DNA from: an uncultured Gammaproteobacteria bacterium
GTDB lineage: Bacteria > Patescibacteriota > Microgenomatia > UBA10105 > UBA927
Direction: 5' to 3'
Length of the DNA: 52,254 nucleotides
NCBI GenBank assembly: GCA_964533995.1
Contig: CAZHOQ010000001.1
Coordinates: forward strand, 1 to 52,254
This document shows, in pieces, positions 37,247-46,289 of this stretch. How positions within the stretch are numbered: position 1 is the first letter of the stretch; each line of letters opens with the position of its first letter. The notes under the pieces are model-generated. The model did no database searches, was not told the origin of the DNA, and was given only the letters and a program-made list of their open reading frames with translations. The position numbers were made by a program, and so were the translations under genes.

Positions 37247-38182
37247 ATGAAAGCAGCACAATATAGAGTCTATGGCGATACAAGCGTTACGGAAATCGTG
37301 GCCGACGTGCCCGTACCGGAGCCCGTGGCAGGACAAGTACAGGTACATGTGTATGCGGCCGGGATTAACCCAATCGATGCCGCAATCCGAAGCGGATACC
37401 TCAAGGACAAGATTCCCTTACCGTTCCCGGTAACTCTCGGAGGAGATTTCTCGGGTATCGTTTCCAAAGTCGGCGATGGCGTTTCCGGGGTGGTCGTCGG
37501 CGATCAAGTATTCGGCATAGCTAACCCCTTAAAAGGCGGAAGCGGGTCAACGGCAGAATTCGTCGTGGCCGGTAGCGGAAATATCGCAAAGAAACCCGCG
37601 AGCGTGGATCATGTGAACGCAGCGGCATTGCCGCTTGCCGGCACCAGCGCACTCCAGGGTATCGAAGAGCATATGCACATCGGAAGGGGACAATATATTC
37701 TAATTCACGGCGGGGCGGGCGGTATCGGATCGCTAGCTATTCAAGTCGCGAAAGCCCGAGGCGCTTTCGTTGCGGCAACGGCGAGCACGGATGACGTGGC
37801 GTTTGTCAAAGAGATCGGAGCCGATATGGTGATCGACTATAAACGGGAGGATTTTACCCGGATTGTATCCGGGTATGATGCGGTGTTCGATACGGCAGGC
37901 GGTGATATCGCCAACCGATCCATACCCGTCGTTAAGCCTGGCGGGATCGTCGTGTCCATGACTGGTCAGCCGGATCCGGAAATAGCCAGGCGCTATCAGG
38001 TAACGGCTATCGCGCAAGGAACGAACGGTACTACAAAACAGCTTGACCGGGTAGCCAAGCTCGTTGATAGCGGCGTCATTGCGCCGGTAATCGACCGGAC
38101 GTATCCCTTGGAACAAACGAGAGCGGCATATGAGCGGTTAGCTTCTCATCCGCGGGGGAAAGTCGTGATTACGGTGAAATAA
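37247..38182 (+). CDS. NADPH:quinone oxidoreductase / zeta-crystallin-type MDR family protein
   Basis: INPIDAAIRSG, GGAGGIGSLAIQVAK (Rossmann) and a C-terminal HPRGKVVI. AAAGGAGGG RBS upstream. Confidence 0.85.
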   Translation: MKAAQYRVYGDTSVTEIVADVPVPEPVAGQVQVHVYAAGINPIDAAIRSGYLKDKIPLPFPVTLGGDFSGIVSKVGDGVSGVVVGDQVFGIANPLKGGSGSTAEFVVAGSGNIAKKPASVDHVNAAALPLAGTSALQGIEEHMHIGRGQYILIHGGAGGIGSLAIQVAKARGAFVAATASTDDVAFVKEIGADMVIDYKREDFTRIVSGYDAVFDTAGGDIANRSIPVVKPGGIVVSMTGQPDPEIARRYQVTAIAQGTNGTTKQLDRVAKLVDSGVIAPVIDRTYPLEQTRAAYERLASHPRGKVVITVK

Positions 38183-38490
38183 CGAGAGTATCCTTGCTTC
38201 GTTTGTTGAGTATGTGTCGTACGGAAGGACTAATCGGCTTATCCGTCCGGTGAATGCAACCCAACCAACAGCAGGGTCGGCGCATTCCTTCTTTCAACTC
38301 GCTCACGGTCCGTTTTACGTGCGCTTTTCTCGTTTGGTTTTTTTCTGACGAAAGTTACCCAGCAGATCCATTCATTGCGGGCTAGGGGAGTGAGTTGTTC
38401 CCACTTCGTAAGCGCCCTTGGGTCGGCTGCCAACGCATCGTGTAAATCCGTAGGAACATCGTGGACGACACCGGAAGAGATGTTCTTCAT
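38169..38490 (-). pseudogene. YdeI/OmdA-like (bacteriocin-protection type) protein gene with a frameshift in an A7 homopolymer
   Basis: The N-part VPTDLHDALAADPRALTKWEQLTPLARNEWICWVTFVRKK runs in one frame. After the A7 run (T7 at 38338-38344 on +) the family C-terminus NQTRKAHVKRTVSELKEGMRRPCCWLGCIHR continues in another frame, ending at 38169. The listed ORF ends at 38239 in the wrong frame. Confidence 0.6.
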
Positions 38491-38495
38491 GAGTC

Positions 38496-38939
38496 CTATT
38501 TTACTGCCGCCTTTACGAGCGCCGAAATTATTGATTCCTCTTTTGCCGTAAGTTTCGTCAGCGCATACGACGTGGGCCACATATGACCCTCGTCGAGATT
38601 CGCAGCTTCCTCGAAGCCCAATGTCGCATATCGGGATTTGAACTTCGAGGAAGCCTTAAAGAAACAAACAACCTTTCCGTCTTTGGCATATGCCGGCATC
38701 CCATACCACGTTTTAGGCATGAGCAACGGCGCTTGTTCCGAAACGATCCAGTGGATCCGTTTTGCCATCGATCGGTCCGGTTCCTGCATTTTTGCTATGG
38801 CATCGCGTACGGTTTTTTCGCCGAATGCACGGTCTTTATTCGCGCGTTCTTCAGCCTTTAGCTCCAGGGCCCGTGCCCGCATTGCGTCACGTTCGTCATC
38901 GGAAAATCCCTTGTCGTTTTTTGACGTGCTTGCTGTCAT
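38496..38939 (-). CDS. DUF1801 (YdhG-like) domain protein
   Basis: MPKTWYGMPAYAKDGKVVCFFKASSKFKSRYATLGF fits DUF1801. Trimmed to ATG 38939, which is preceded by GGAGG. Confidence 0.75.
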   Translation of the reverse strand: MTASTSKNDKGFSDDERDAMRARALELKAEERANKDRAFGEKTVRDAIAKMQEPDRSMAKRIHWIVSEQAPLLMPKTWYGMPAYAKDGKVVCFFKASSKFKSRYATLGFEEAANLDEGHMWPTSYALTKLTAKEESIISALVKAAVK

Positions 38940-39087
38940 ATGGGTCCTCCTTATTACGGACGTCCGTTGCGCCGTATTACTCCGATCCCTCCGTAACGAC
39001 CAATGCATGACTGATCACGGAGCGAGTCCATTATACATCTATTGTGCGGTATCAAACATATACGAAGGCCTGAGGTTCCGGAGGATA

Positions 39088-39456
39088 TTATTTCCGTAAA
39101 ATCTTCTCCATCGTTTTGCCCTGCGCCAGCTCATTGACAAGCTTGTCCAGGTAGCGGATTGCCTGCATCGTCGGTTCCCCGATGTCTTCCACACGGACGC
39201 CGCAGATGACGCCTTTGATCAGTTTCCGTGACGGGTTGAGGCGGGGAGCCCCGGCAAAGAACGCCTCGAAATCCGTTTGCTTTGTAAGCTGCGCTTCCAG
39301 CTCTTTTTGGCTGTATCCCGTAAGCCAGCGGATGACCTCATCCACCTCTGCTTTCGTACGGCCCTTTTTTTCCGCTTTGGCGATATACATGGGATAGACC
39401 CTGGAAACGCTCATAGTATAGATCCGCGGTTTAGTTTTGGCGACTGCTTGTTTCAT
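39088..39456 (-). CDS. DUF2200 domain protein
   Basis: [31 protein letters not shown]...[10 protein letters not shown]...[11 protein letters not shown] matches the DUF2200 pattern. Confidence 0.75.
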   Translation of the reverse strand: MKQAVAKTKPRIYTMSVSRVYPMYIAKAEKKGRTKAEVDEVIRWLTGYSQKELEAQLTKQTDFEAFFAGAPRLNPSRKLIKGVICGVRVEDIGEPTMQAIRYLDKLVNELAQGKTMEKILRK

Positions 39457-39577
39457 GCCGTTTGTCGTGTGCGCTACCTATTATATACGTGACAATACCT
39501 CGCCAAAAGAACGCATACGCTCCAGTGAAGCGAATGAAAATTGCATTCATCGTGGAACGGCGTCAGAATAATCATGC

Positions 39578-40267
39578 ATGCTCGATTTGAGTTATATACA
39601 ACAATTGATTAGTAGCCTTATAGCCATGGAGATGTCGCTTACGTCGACCCTTCCGGTGAATTCCCCGGAATACTTGGCTAAATTCGGCGGACACTGTCCG
39701 CAGGTTACGGAGAATCGGGTTCCCGTGTTAGGTAATTACGTTATTAATCAGTCATTCGAAAGTGCACCAACAGACTCCGGTTTACCATTGGAATGGCTTG
39801 ACGGAAAATACAATGTTTCACCGGGAGACGCTGTTGATTGTCAAACCGCTCGCACGGGAAAGTGCTCCTTTTATTTTGGTCCTGAAAACGCCGATCCCAA
39901 AAAATATGTGCGCCGGGTCGTTCAGGTGATTCCATACAGGGGAACAGAAGGAACGCGCATTACATTTTCCGGATGGAGCAAGGCACGAAATGTTATAGAC
40001 AAATACCCACCCCTTGCGGGTCCGCTGTACGGTATTGGTCTTGAGCTGTTCGATGACAAAGGCGTGTCGATCGTTATGCCGACGGAATGGGACTACCGCC
40101 AGTATTCAGCCGAGTTTTCGTTGGGAACCCATGATTTTGAGTTTGCCGAATCGTCATTCATATCGCCCGTTAATTTCACTTGTGCAGAGGTGTTTTACTT
40201 TTTTGATGAGGATGGCGAGGTGTGGATGGATGATGCCCGTGTAACATTCGTTCCGCCCGAGATGTAG
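39578..40267 (+). CDS. Hypothetical protein (possible jelly-roll/CBM-like fold)
   Basis: 229-aa ORF. The INQSFESAP...LEWLDG...GKCSFYF pattern is reminiscent of CBM4/9-type sandwich domains. Weak. Confidence 0.45.
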   Translation: MLDLSYIQQLISSLIAMEMSLTSTLPVNSPEYLAKFGGHCPQVTENRVPVLGNYVINQSFESAPTDSGLPLEWLDGKYNVSPGDAVDCQTARTGKCSFYFGPENADPKKYVRRVVQVIPYRGTEGTRITFSGWSKARNVIDKYPPLAGPLYGIGLELFDDKGVSIVMPTEWDYRQYSAEFSLGTHDFEFAESSFISPVNFTCAEVFYFFDEDGEVWMDDARVTFVPPEM

Positions 40268-40392
40268 ATGGGAAGTAAAAAGGGGTAGCGCTTCAAATTC
40301 GTACTGCCGCTATTTACGTATTCCTACGCTTCGCTAAAAAGTCTTTTGCAGAGCTGCCGTTTCGCGTTGTTATATTTCTCTTGGATAACCGC

Positions 40393-41006
40393 CTATTTTA
40401 AAATGTTGTATCGTATGTGTGTTACTACGTTGCTTCCGCTCGCTTTCATCGGTTTGAGTTTGAGATTTGGTACCCCTTCGAAAAGCTGCGTGCCTTTGCC
40501 TATGGTTACGGGAGCGATATGCAGCCAGAGCTCATCAATGAGTCCTATTGCCAAATATTGATTGATCGTATTGGCTCCTCCCATAATCTTTACGTTCCGG
40601 TTGCCTGCCGTAACTTTTGCTTTTTCGAGCGCAGATGCGATACCGTCATGCACGAAAAAGAACGTGGTCCCGCCTTTCATTTTTTTTATCGGCTCACGCT
40701 TCGCGTGAGAGAGTACGAAAACCGGCGCGTGGTACGGGGGATCGTCACCCCACCAACCTTTCCATTCAGGCGTTTCTCTTCCGTCTTCTGGTCCGAACAT
40801 ATTGCTGCCCATGATGAACGCGCCGCGTCAAGAACGGCGTCTATTTCTTTTTTGTGTTTCTGTTTTTCCGGCTCGGCAAACATCCAGTTGTCCAGGAGAT
40901 CCGCACTGAAATTGTCACCGAAGGGATGTTCGAAGCTTTGATTGTGTCCGGCGGTAAACCCGTCGAGGGTCATGGTGATGCCGGCAGTGACCTTGGGTGT
41001 ATTCAT
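40393..41006 (-). pseudogene. Dihydrofolate-reductase-like RibD C-terminal domain family gene, split by a frameshift
   Basis: ORF 40686-41006 encodes the family N-terminus (VTAGITMTLDGFTAGHNQ). ORF 40393-40812 encodes the rest (GAFIMGSNMFGP...PVFVLSH...GGANTINQYLAIGLIDELWLHIAPV). The frames meet in the GC run at about 40819-40826. A TGA at 40828-40830 blocks the downstream frame. Confidence 0.65.
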
Positions 41007-41062
41007 AGGTGAAGCATCCTGGGTAAGACCATCTTGGGACCTATGCTAGGGATACTACGTTT

Positions 41063-41572
41063 TCAAGCGTTTTCGCCGGCCTTTTTGATTGTGTCCAGAT
41101 CGATTTTCTTCATCGGCATAAAGGCCGCAGTGACCGCTTCTGCTTTTTGGGGGCTCTCCCGCATCAGTTCATCAAGGATCCTCGGGACCACCTGCCAGGT
41201 GACACCGAATTTATCCGTGCACCATCCGCATTGTTCGGCTTCAGGCACGGCTGATAATTTATTCCAGAAGAAGTCAATTTCTTCTTGCGTCTCGCACTCA
41301 ATGATATACGAAGTCCCTCCGTTAAGTTTGAATTGTTCCATGGGACCACCGTTCAGGGCCATAAAACTTATGCCATCAAGCTCATATTCTGCCGTCAATA
41401 CGGAGCCCTCCGGTCTTCCTGAAACTTCTTCGCTTGCTTTAGGGGATTTTGTGATATCTCCCATTTTTGCACTGTGATCACCGGGAGCTGAATTGAAGGT
41501 ATCTATATAGTATTTTGCCGCCGCTTCACCGTCGTTGTTAGCAAACCAGATGCAGGTAATTAGTTTACTCAT
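41063..41572 (-). CDS. VOC-superfamily protein (3-demethylubiquinone-9 3-methyltransferase-domain / PhnB-like, two-repeat type)
   Basis: MSKLITCIWFANNDGEAAAKYYIDTF...AEYELDGISFMALNGGP...CGWCTDKFGVTWQVVP is the family pattern. Trimmed to ATG 41572. Confidence 0.75.
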   Translation of the reverse strand: MSKLITCIWFANNDGEAAAKYYIDTFNSAPGDHSAKMGDITKSPKASEEVSGRPEGSVLTAEYELDGISFMALNGGPMEQFKLNGGTSYIIECETQEEIDFFWNKLSAVPEAEQCGWCTDKFGVTWQVVPRILDELMRESPQKAEAVTAAFMPMKKIDLDTIKKAGENA

Positions 41573-41641
41573 CCAATTTATTGTAACACATATTACAAGA
41601 GTAACTCTGCTCCCCCGGGAGGACTTGGCCAAGGCCACTCA

Positions 41642-41686
41642 CCAGCGCTACAACTCGCGAATAATAATTCGCTCGTTAAGCGCTGG
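41642..41686. repeat. 45-nt imperfect palindrome at the core/island junction
   Basis: ccagcgct (41642-41649) pairs with agcgctgg (41679-41686). Inner stem gcgaat/attcgc sits around aata. Further palindromes lie just upstream: ttgtaa-N6-ttacaa at 41581-41598 and cttggccaag at 41624-41633. Confidence 0.6.
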
Positions 41687-41964
41687 ACTGCGAACCTACG
41701 GTTCTTACCCTTTCACGAAAATACATACAAAAAAGGAGCGAATGCTCCATTTTTGTATGTGCTCCGGGCAATGGACAGTATACGAAATTACTATACGTTA
41801 CTATAAGTAATTATATTTCTTCATCATTGGCTATTTTTGGGTATTTTCTTTGACTGATGATATGTCACTTGCCAGTTAGTATTGTCTGGATGAAATTAGA
41901 GATATAATTACTTCAAGAATTCTATCGTCGAGATATTTCGTCGGTATTGAAGTGATAAAGGAAA

Positions 41965-44900
41965 TTGAGATTGCATGATATGCAGCATAAATATAAATGG
42001 AGAAGATATTGGTCTCCCCCAGATGCGCAAATAAGCCTATCGGATGGAGGTTTTTTGCATGACCCGATGGATGGTTTTGGTAAATATGTAAATTCAAGCC
42101 TGATTGCCATCGATGTAAACAATTTAACAAACTGTCTAGTTCTTCTTGGGGAGCCTGGTATAGGAAAAAGCATTGAGATACGCGGACTCTTTGACTCGAC
42201 TCTTGACGTAAAGGGTGCAGATAAGGTTTCCTGGCTCGATTTAAGAGACTTCATGACCCCAGAGCATTTTATAGAAGAACTGGAGAGTCATTCTGGTTAC
42301 CAAGAATGGGTGAAGGGAACATCCTCTTTTTATTTATTTTTGGATAGTTTTGATGAAGGTGTCTTTTCATTTCCTCATTTCGCAAAGGCGTTTGAGCACC
42401 TTTTAACTCGTCATAAAAGTAGGATTGAGGATTTATTTCTTAGAATATCTTGTCGTACAGCAGTGTGGCCTTCCTATTTTGAAGATGGTTTACGTGTCCT
42501 TTGGGATGTAGAAGGGTTTAATAAATATGAACTATGCCCACTAATTAAGGAAGACGTAATAACTGCTCTAACCTCAAGAGGTCTTGATGCTCAGAAATTT
42601 GCCTTAGAGGTAAGCGAAAAAAATGTTGCAGGATTAGCAGGAAAACCACTCACACTCAACATGTTAATTGATGTTTTTGAAAGAGGAGGCTGTTTACCAT
42701 CACGAAAAGTTGAAATATATATGCAGGGATGCAGCTTGCTCTTGCAGGAGCCTGATGCCTCTAAAAATACTAATCCTTCAACTAAACCAAAACTTGATTT
42801 AGTTCAGCGTTTAGCCATAGCTGAAAGAATAGCGGCTTCTACAGTAATTAGTGGAAAATCTGCAGTTTTACTGAACGAAACAAGCACGGCTAATGATGGG
42901 GAACTTAAATTGATTGAGCTACAAGGCAATGAAATTGTTGACGATACACTAATTAGAACCGGGGAAGATCAAGTAAAAGAAGTTCTTAACACGGGCCTAT
43001 TTTCTTCTAGGGGTGATGGAAAGATGGGATGGGCGCACCAAACCTATGGGGAATTTTTGGCTGCAAGATATCTAGCCCGCCACAAACTGAATTGGAAACA
43101 AATTCGAAGTTTACTATTTCAAGACCCGCTAGGACGCGGCGCTTTTCAGATAGTCCCCCAGCTATATGAAGTTTGTGCGTGGTTTGCCAGTTTGGATTCT
43201 AGTTTTTTTGATAATGCAGTTTTGCTCGATCCTGAGTTTTTGATGTTAAGTGACGCCAATGTCACGACAGATCTTCAGAGAAAAATGTTAACGGAGCAAC
43301 TGTTAGTTCGATTGGCAAACGGCGAGCTGCTCGACAGGTGGGAGACGTTTAATTACATTAACTATCGAAAATTAAACAATTTAGATATCGCAAACCAGTT
43401 GAAATTTTATATTACTGATGTAACAAAAGGAGTCGTTGTAAGAAGAGCAGCTATTGATATAGCCTCTGCATGCTCTGTAGAGTCTCTTGATGAAGTGTTT
43501 GTTTCTATTGCACTAAACGATAAAGAAAAGCTTGTGATTAGAGCTAGAGCTATAAAAGCCATTGCCGAGATTGGAAGTGAAAGCGCAAAAGAGGCACTTA
43601 GGCCTCTTGTAGATTCAGGTTTTCGGGAAGACCCCGAAGACGAATTAAAAGGAGTGACTCTTCAAGCTTTGTGGCCAGGACATATTGCCACGGATAAACT
43701 ATTCTCCCTATTAACACCACCCAAGCGTCATAGTTTCCTTGGAGCATATTATAGCTTCACAGACAAGTATTTGGTTGGTGAAATTTCTGCAAAAGATATT
43801 GTAATTGCTTTAGATTGGGTAAAAGAGAACGCTGTTCATGAAAGATCAATTGAATATTATTTGAGGAAATTAGCTGATGCAATAATGCTAAAGGCGTTTG
43901 ATAGTTTTACTATCCCTGGGGTTGAAGAGCGATTCTCTCAAATTGTTTATGAGCGGCTTAAAAAGTTTGAGGAAGTAATCGGAGGGCATGCCGTTGACGA
44001 TGAAATAGTCAGTTCTTTTCAAAAGTCTCTTGAGGATGAGAATGACAAAAGAAGGCAACTCATTAAATCTGTGGTCAATCTTCTTATCAGTGAAAATACA
44101 ACAGGCAAGAGGAGGGGGTACTTCTTGTGGTCCCATGGCAAAGTTAAAATTGTATTTTCCAAGGATTTACCCTGGTTGATCCAATGGTTGGGTCAAGAAA
44201 AAAATGAAGAAATCCAACAAATACTCGCCGAAGTAATACAGAGAGTTTTTAATATTAAAAGTTCTAATGATATAGAGTTACTTATTCAGGCAAGAAATAA
44301 GAATAGATTCTTAGAACGAGAAACTACCTATTGGTTTGAACCATTAAGGCTAGATTCTCAGGCCGCCAAAGATCAAAAAAAACAGTGGAGGCAAGAACAA
44401 GAATGGGCGAAGAAGAGAGAAAAGGATGAAAAAATGGAGATACTAAAAATAGTATCTCCAAGTAAAATTAAAGAACACCTTGTTAAGTCTGAGAGGGGTG
44501 ATGCAGATTCTTGGTGGTTATTAAATAATGCTTTGTGTATGTATCAGCATGAGCTCTCAGAAGAGGATATTCGTGAAATGCCAGGCTGGAAGGTGTTAGA
44601 TGCGGATACACAAGAACGAATAATTAAGGTTGGAAAATCGTTTATATTGCAGCAAGAGTCAAAGCCAGATATATGGTTGGGAAAAAATAAAATATATTTT
44701 CCTGCCATGTCAGGATATAGAGCATTAAAAATATATTTTGAGAGAGAAAAGAGCTTCGTCGAATCATTAGGAAAGGAAGTATGGAAAAAATGGGCGCCGA
44801 TAATTATCGGCATGCCGTTTATCTCCAATGACCCAAAGAATGGAGAACTAATTACATTAGCATATAAAAATGCTCCGGATGAGATTATCTCCACACTAGA

Positions 44901-46242
44901 TGTCTTAATAGATGAGGATGAGCAAAAGCACGGAAGCCTATTTATGCTTAGCCTACTTGATGGATGCGTTGATGAAAAGATGGTGATTTTTCTATTGAAT
45001 AAAGCAAAGAAACCTAAATTTAGATCTAGCGCAGTTGGTGATATCCTTCAATTTTTATTGAAGCACAAGGTACAACTCGCGAAAGATTACGTAAAGTCGC
45101 TTATTCAAGTTCCATTATCAGAAGATAAAGATGAACGCGAACTTAGTTTAATAGCAGCTGTCTCACTGCTTTGGCATGCTGAACAAGTAGATTGGATTTA
45201 TTTATGGAAACTCATTCAAAATGATAGAGAATTTGGGCGATCACTAATTGAAAGAGCTCATGATAATCCTTTGCGTGGTTCAGGTATGTTGCCAAAGCTT
45301 ACTGAAGTTCAATTGTCTGAGCTATATTTATGGCTTATGAAAGATTTTCCTCCAGAAAAATATTTTCAACCAGAGGGAGGTGGAACAGTTACACCAGAGA
45401 TATCAATCGGTGAATGGAGAGATTCGGTTTTGCGGGTCCTAATGGATAAGGGAACGGTAGAGGCTTGTAGGCAGATAGAAAGAATTGCCTCTGCATTACC
45501 ACAACACTCCTGGATAAAAGAATTCACTTTGATACAAGCAAGGCGTATAACGCTTGAAAAATCATGGCAGTCTCTTTCCGTAGGCCAAATACTCAAGTTG
45601 GTTGAGAATCAGGAGCTGAGATTGATAAATACTCCGGACGAACTGTTAGATATTGTTATTGATTCCCTTGAGGCTTTAGGAATTAAATTACAAAAAGGAG
45701 AGCAACCACAAGTAATCGACCTTTGGAACGAAAAACGAGTGACCGAGGTAATCTCCGGAAAACGAAACATTTATTTTTTGTCTTCGCCCAAGGATGAAGG
45801 TCGTTTATCAGATAAGATTAAAACGCACTTACAGGAAAGTTTGGTAAACAGGGGTGTTGTTGTAAATAGAGAAGTAGAAATTAAGCGTGGAAGTGAGACA
45901 GATATCCATATCAGTTCTTTCAGTAGGGATGATCTAGAAAGACCAAAGGACTTAATGAAAGTGATAATAGAAGTAAAAGGATGTTGGAACGCCGAGCTTG
46001 AAACTGCTATGGAGAAGCAATTAGTTGATAGATATCTTACAGAAGCAGATTGTTCGCGAGGAGTTTACTTAATAGGTTGGTTTGTTTGTGATCGATGGAA
46101 TGATCCAAGCGATGGGAGGCTTAAGAAATCTCCTAAATCTGACATTATGACAACGAAAGAAAAATATAAGCTTCAAGCTGTCGAATTATCAAAAAAGGAA
46201 TCTCTTAGAGTGGAGTCTATAGTTTTAGATTGTAGACTATAG
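41965..46242 (+). CDS. NACHT-family STAND NTPase with helical (HEAT/ARM-like) repeat region and C-terminal PD-(D/E)xK-like module; candidate antiphage NLR-like protein
   Basis: Walker A GEPGIGKS (42148-42171). Walker B FYLFLDSFDE (42328-42357). GKPLTLNML and WAHQTYGEFLAARYL (NACHT winged-helix signature). HEAT-like RARAIKAIAEIGSESAKEALRPLV. C-terminal TD(1313)IHIS...VIIE(1336)VK(1338)G. The listed start is a TTG; the first in-frame ATG is at 41980. Confidence 0.8.
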   Translation: MRLHDMQHKYKWRRYWSPPDAQISLSDGGFLHDPMDGFGKYVNSSLIAIDVNNLTNCLVLLGEPGIGKSIEIRGLFDSTLDVKGADKVSWLDLRDFMTPEHFIEELESHSGYQEWVKGTSSFYLFLDSFDEGVFSFPHFAKAFEHLLTRHKSRIEDLFLRISCRTAVWPSYFEDGLRVLWDVEGFNKYELCPLIKEDVITALTSRGLDAQKFALEVSEKNVAGLAGKPLTLNMLIDVFERGGCLPSRKVEIYMQGCSLLLQEPDASKNTNPSTKPKLDLVQRLAIAERIAASTVISGKSAVLLNETSTANDGELKLIELQGNEIVDDTLIRTGEDQVKEVLNTGLFSSRGDGKMGWAHQTYGEFLAARYLARHKLNWKQIRSLLFQDPLGRGAFQIVPQLYEVCAWFASLDSSFFDNAVLLDPEFLMLSDANVTTDLQRKMLTEQLLVRLANGELLDRWETFNYINYRKLNNLDIANQLKFYITDVTKGVVVRRAAIDIASACSVESLDEVFVSIALNDKEKLVIRARAIKAIAEIGSESAKEALRPLVDSGFREDPEDELKGVTLQALWPGHIATDKLFSLLTPPKRHSFLGAYYSFTDKYLVGEISAKDIVIALDWVKENAVHERSIEYYLRKLADAIMLKAFDSFTIPGVEERFSQIVYERLKKFEEVIGGHAVDDEIVSSFQKSLEDENDKRRQLIKSVVNLLISENTTGKRRGYFLWSHGKVKIVFSKDLPWLIQWLGQEKNEEIQQILAEVIQRVFNIKSSNDIELLIQARNKNRFLERETTYWFEPLRLDSQAAKDQKKQWRQEQEWAKKREKDEKMEILKIVSPSKIKEHLVKSERGDADSWWLLNNALCMYQHELSEEDIREMPGWKVLDADTQERIIKVGKSFILQQESKPDIWLGKNKIYFPAMSGYRALKIYFEREKSFVESLGKEVWKKWAPIIIGMPFISNDPKNGELITLAYKNAPDEIISTLDVLIDEDEQKHGSLFMLSLLDGCVDEKMVIFLLNKAKKPKFRSSAVGDILQFLLKHKVQLAKDYVKSLIQVPLSEDKDERELSLIAAVSLLWHAEQVDWIYLWKLIQNDREFGRSLIERAHDNPLRGSGMLPKLTEVQLSELYLWLMKDFPPEKYFQPEGGGTVTPEISIGEWRDSVLRVLMDKGTVEACRQIERIASALPQHSWIKEFTLIQARRITLEKSWQSLSVGQILKLVENQELRLINTPDELLDIVIDSLEALGIKLQKGEQPQVIDLWNEKRVTEVISGKRNIYFLSSPKDEGRLSDKIKTHLQESLVNRGVVVNREVEIKRGSETDIHISSFSRDDLERPKDLMKVIIEVKGCWNAELETAMEKQLVDRYLTEADCSRGVYLIGWFVCDRWNDPSDGRLKKSPKSDIMTTKEKYKLQAVELSKKESLRVESIVLDCRL

Positions 46243-46289
46243 CCGGTTATAATAAACGGGAATTTTAGCAGATTATTTGTGAGTTATAA

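Noticed and set aside
41611-41710. Possible tRNA or tRNA fragment as an integration target at the island's left edge.
   Set aside because: I tested the gcgaa...ttcgc hairpin as an anticodon arm. The loop is 4-6 nt rather than 7, there is no GTTCRANNC T-loop with a matching stem, and no acceptor-stem pairing. I could find no tRNA-like cloverleaf on either strand.
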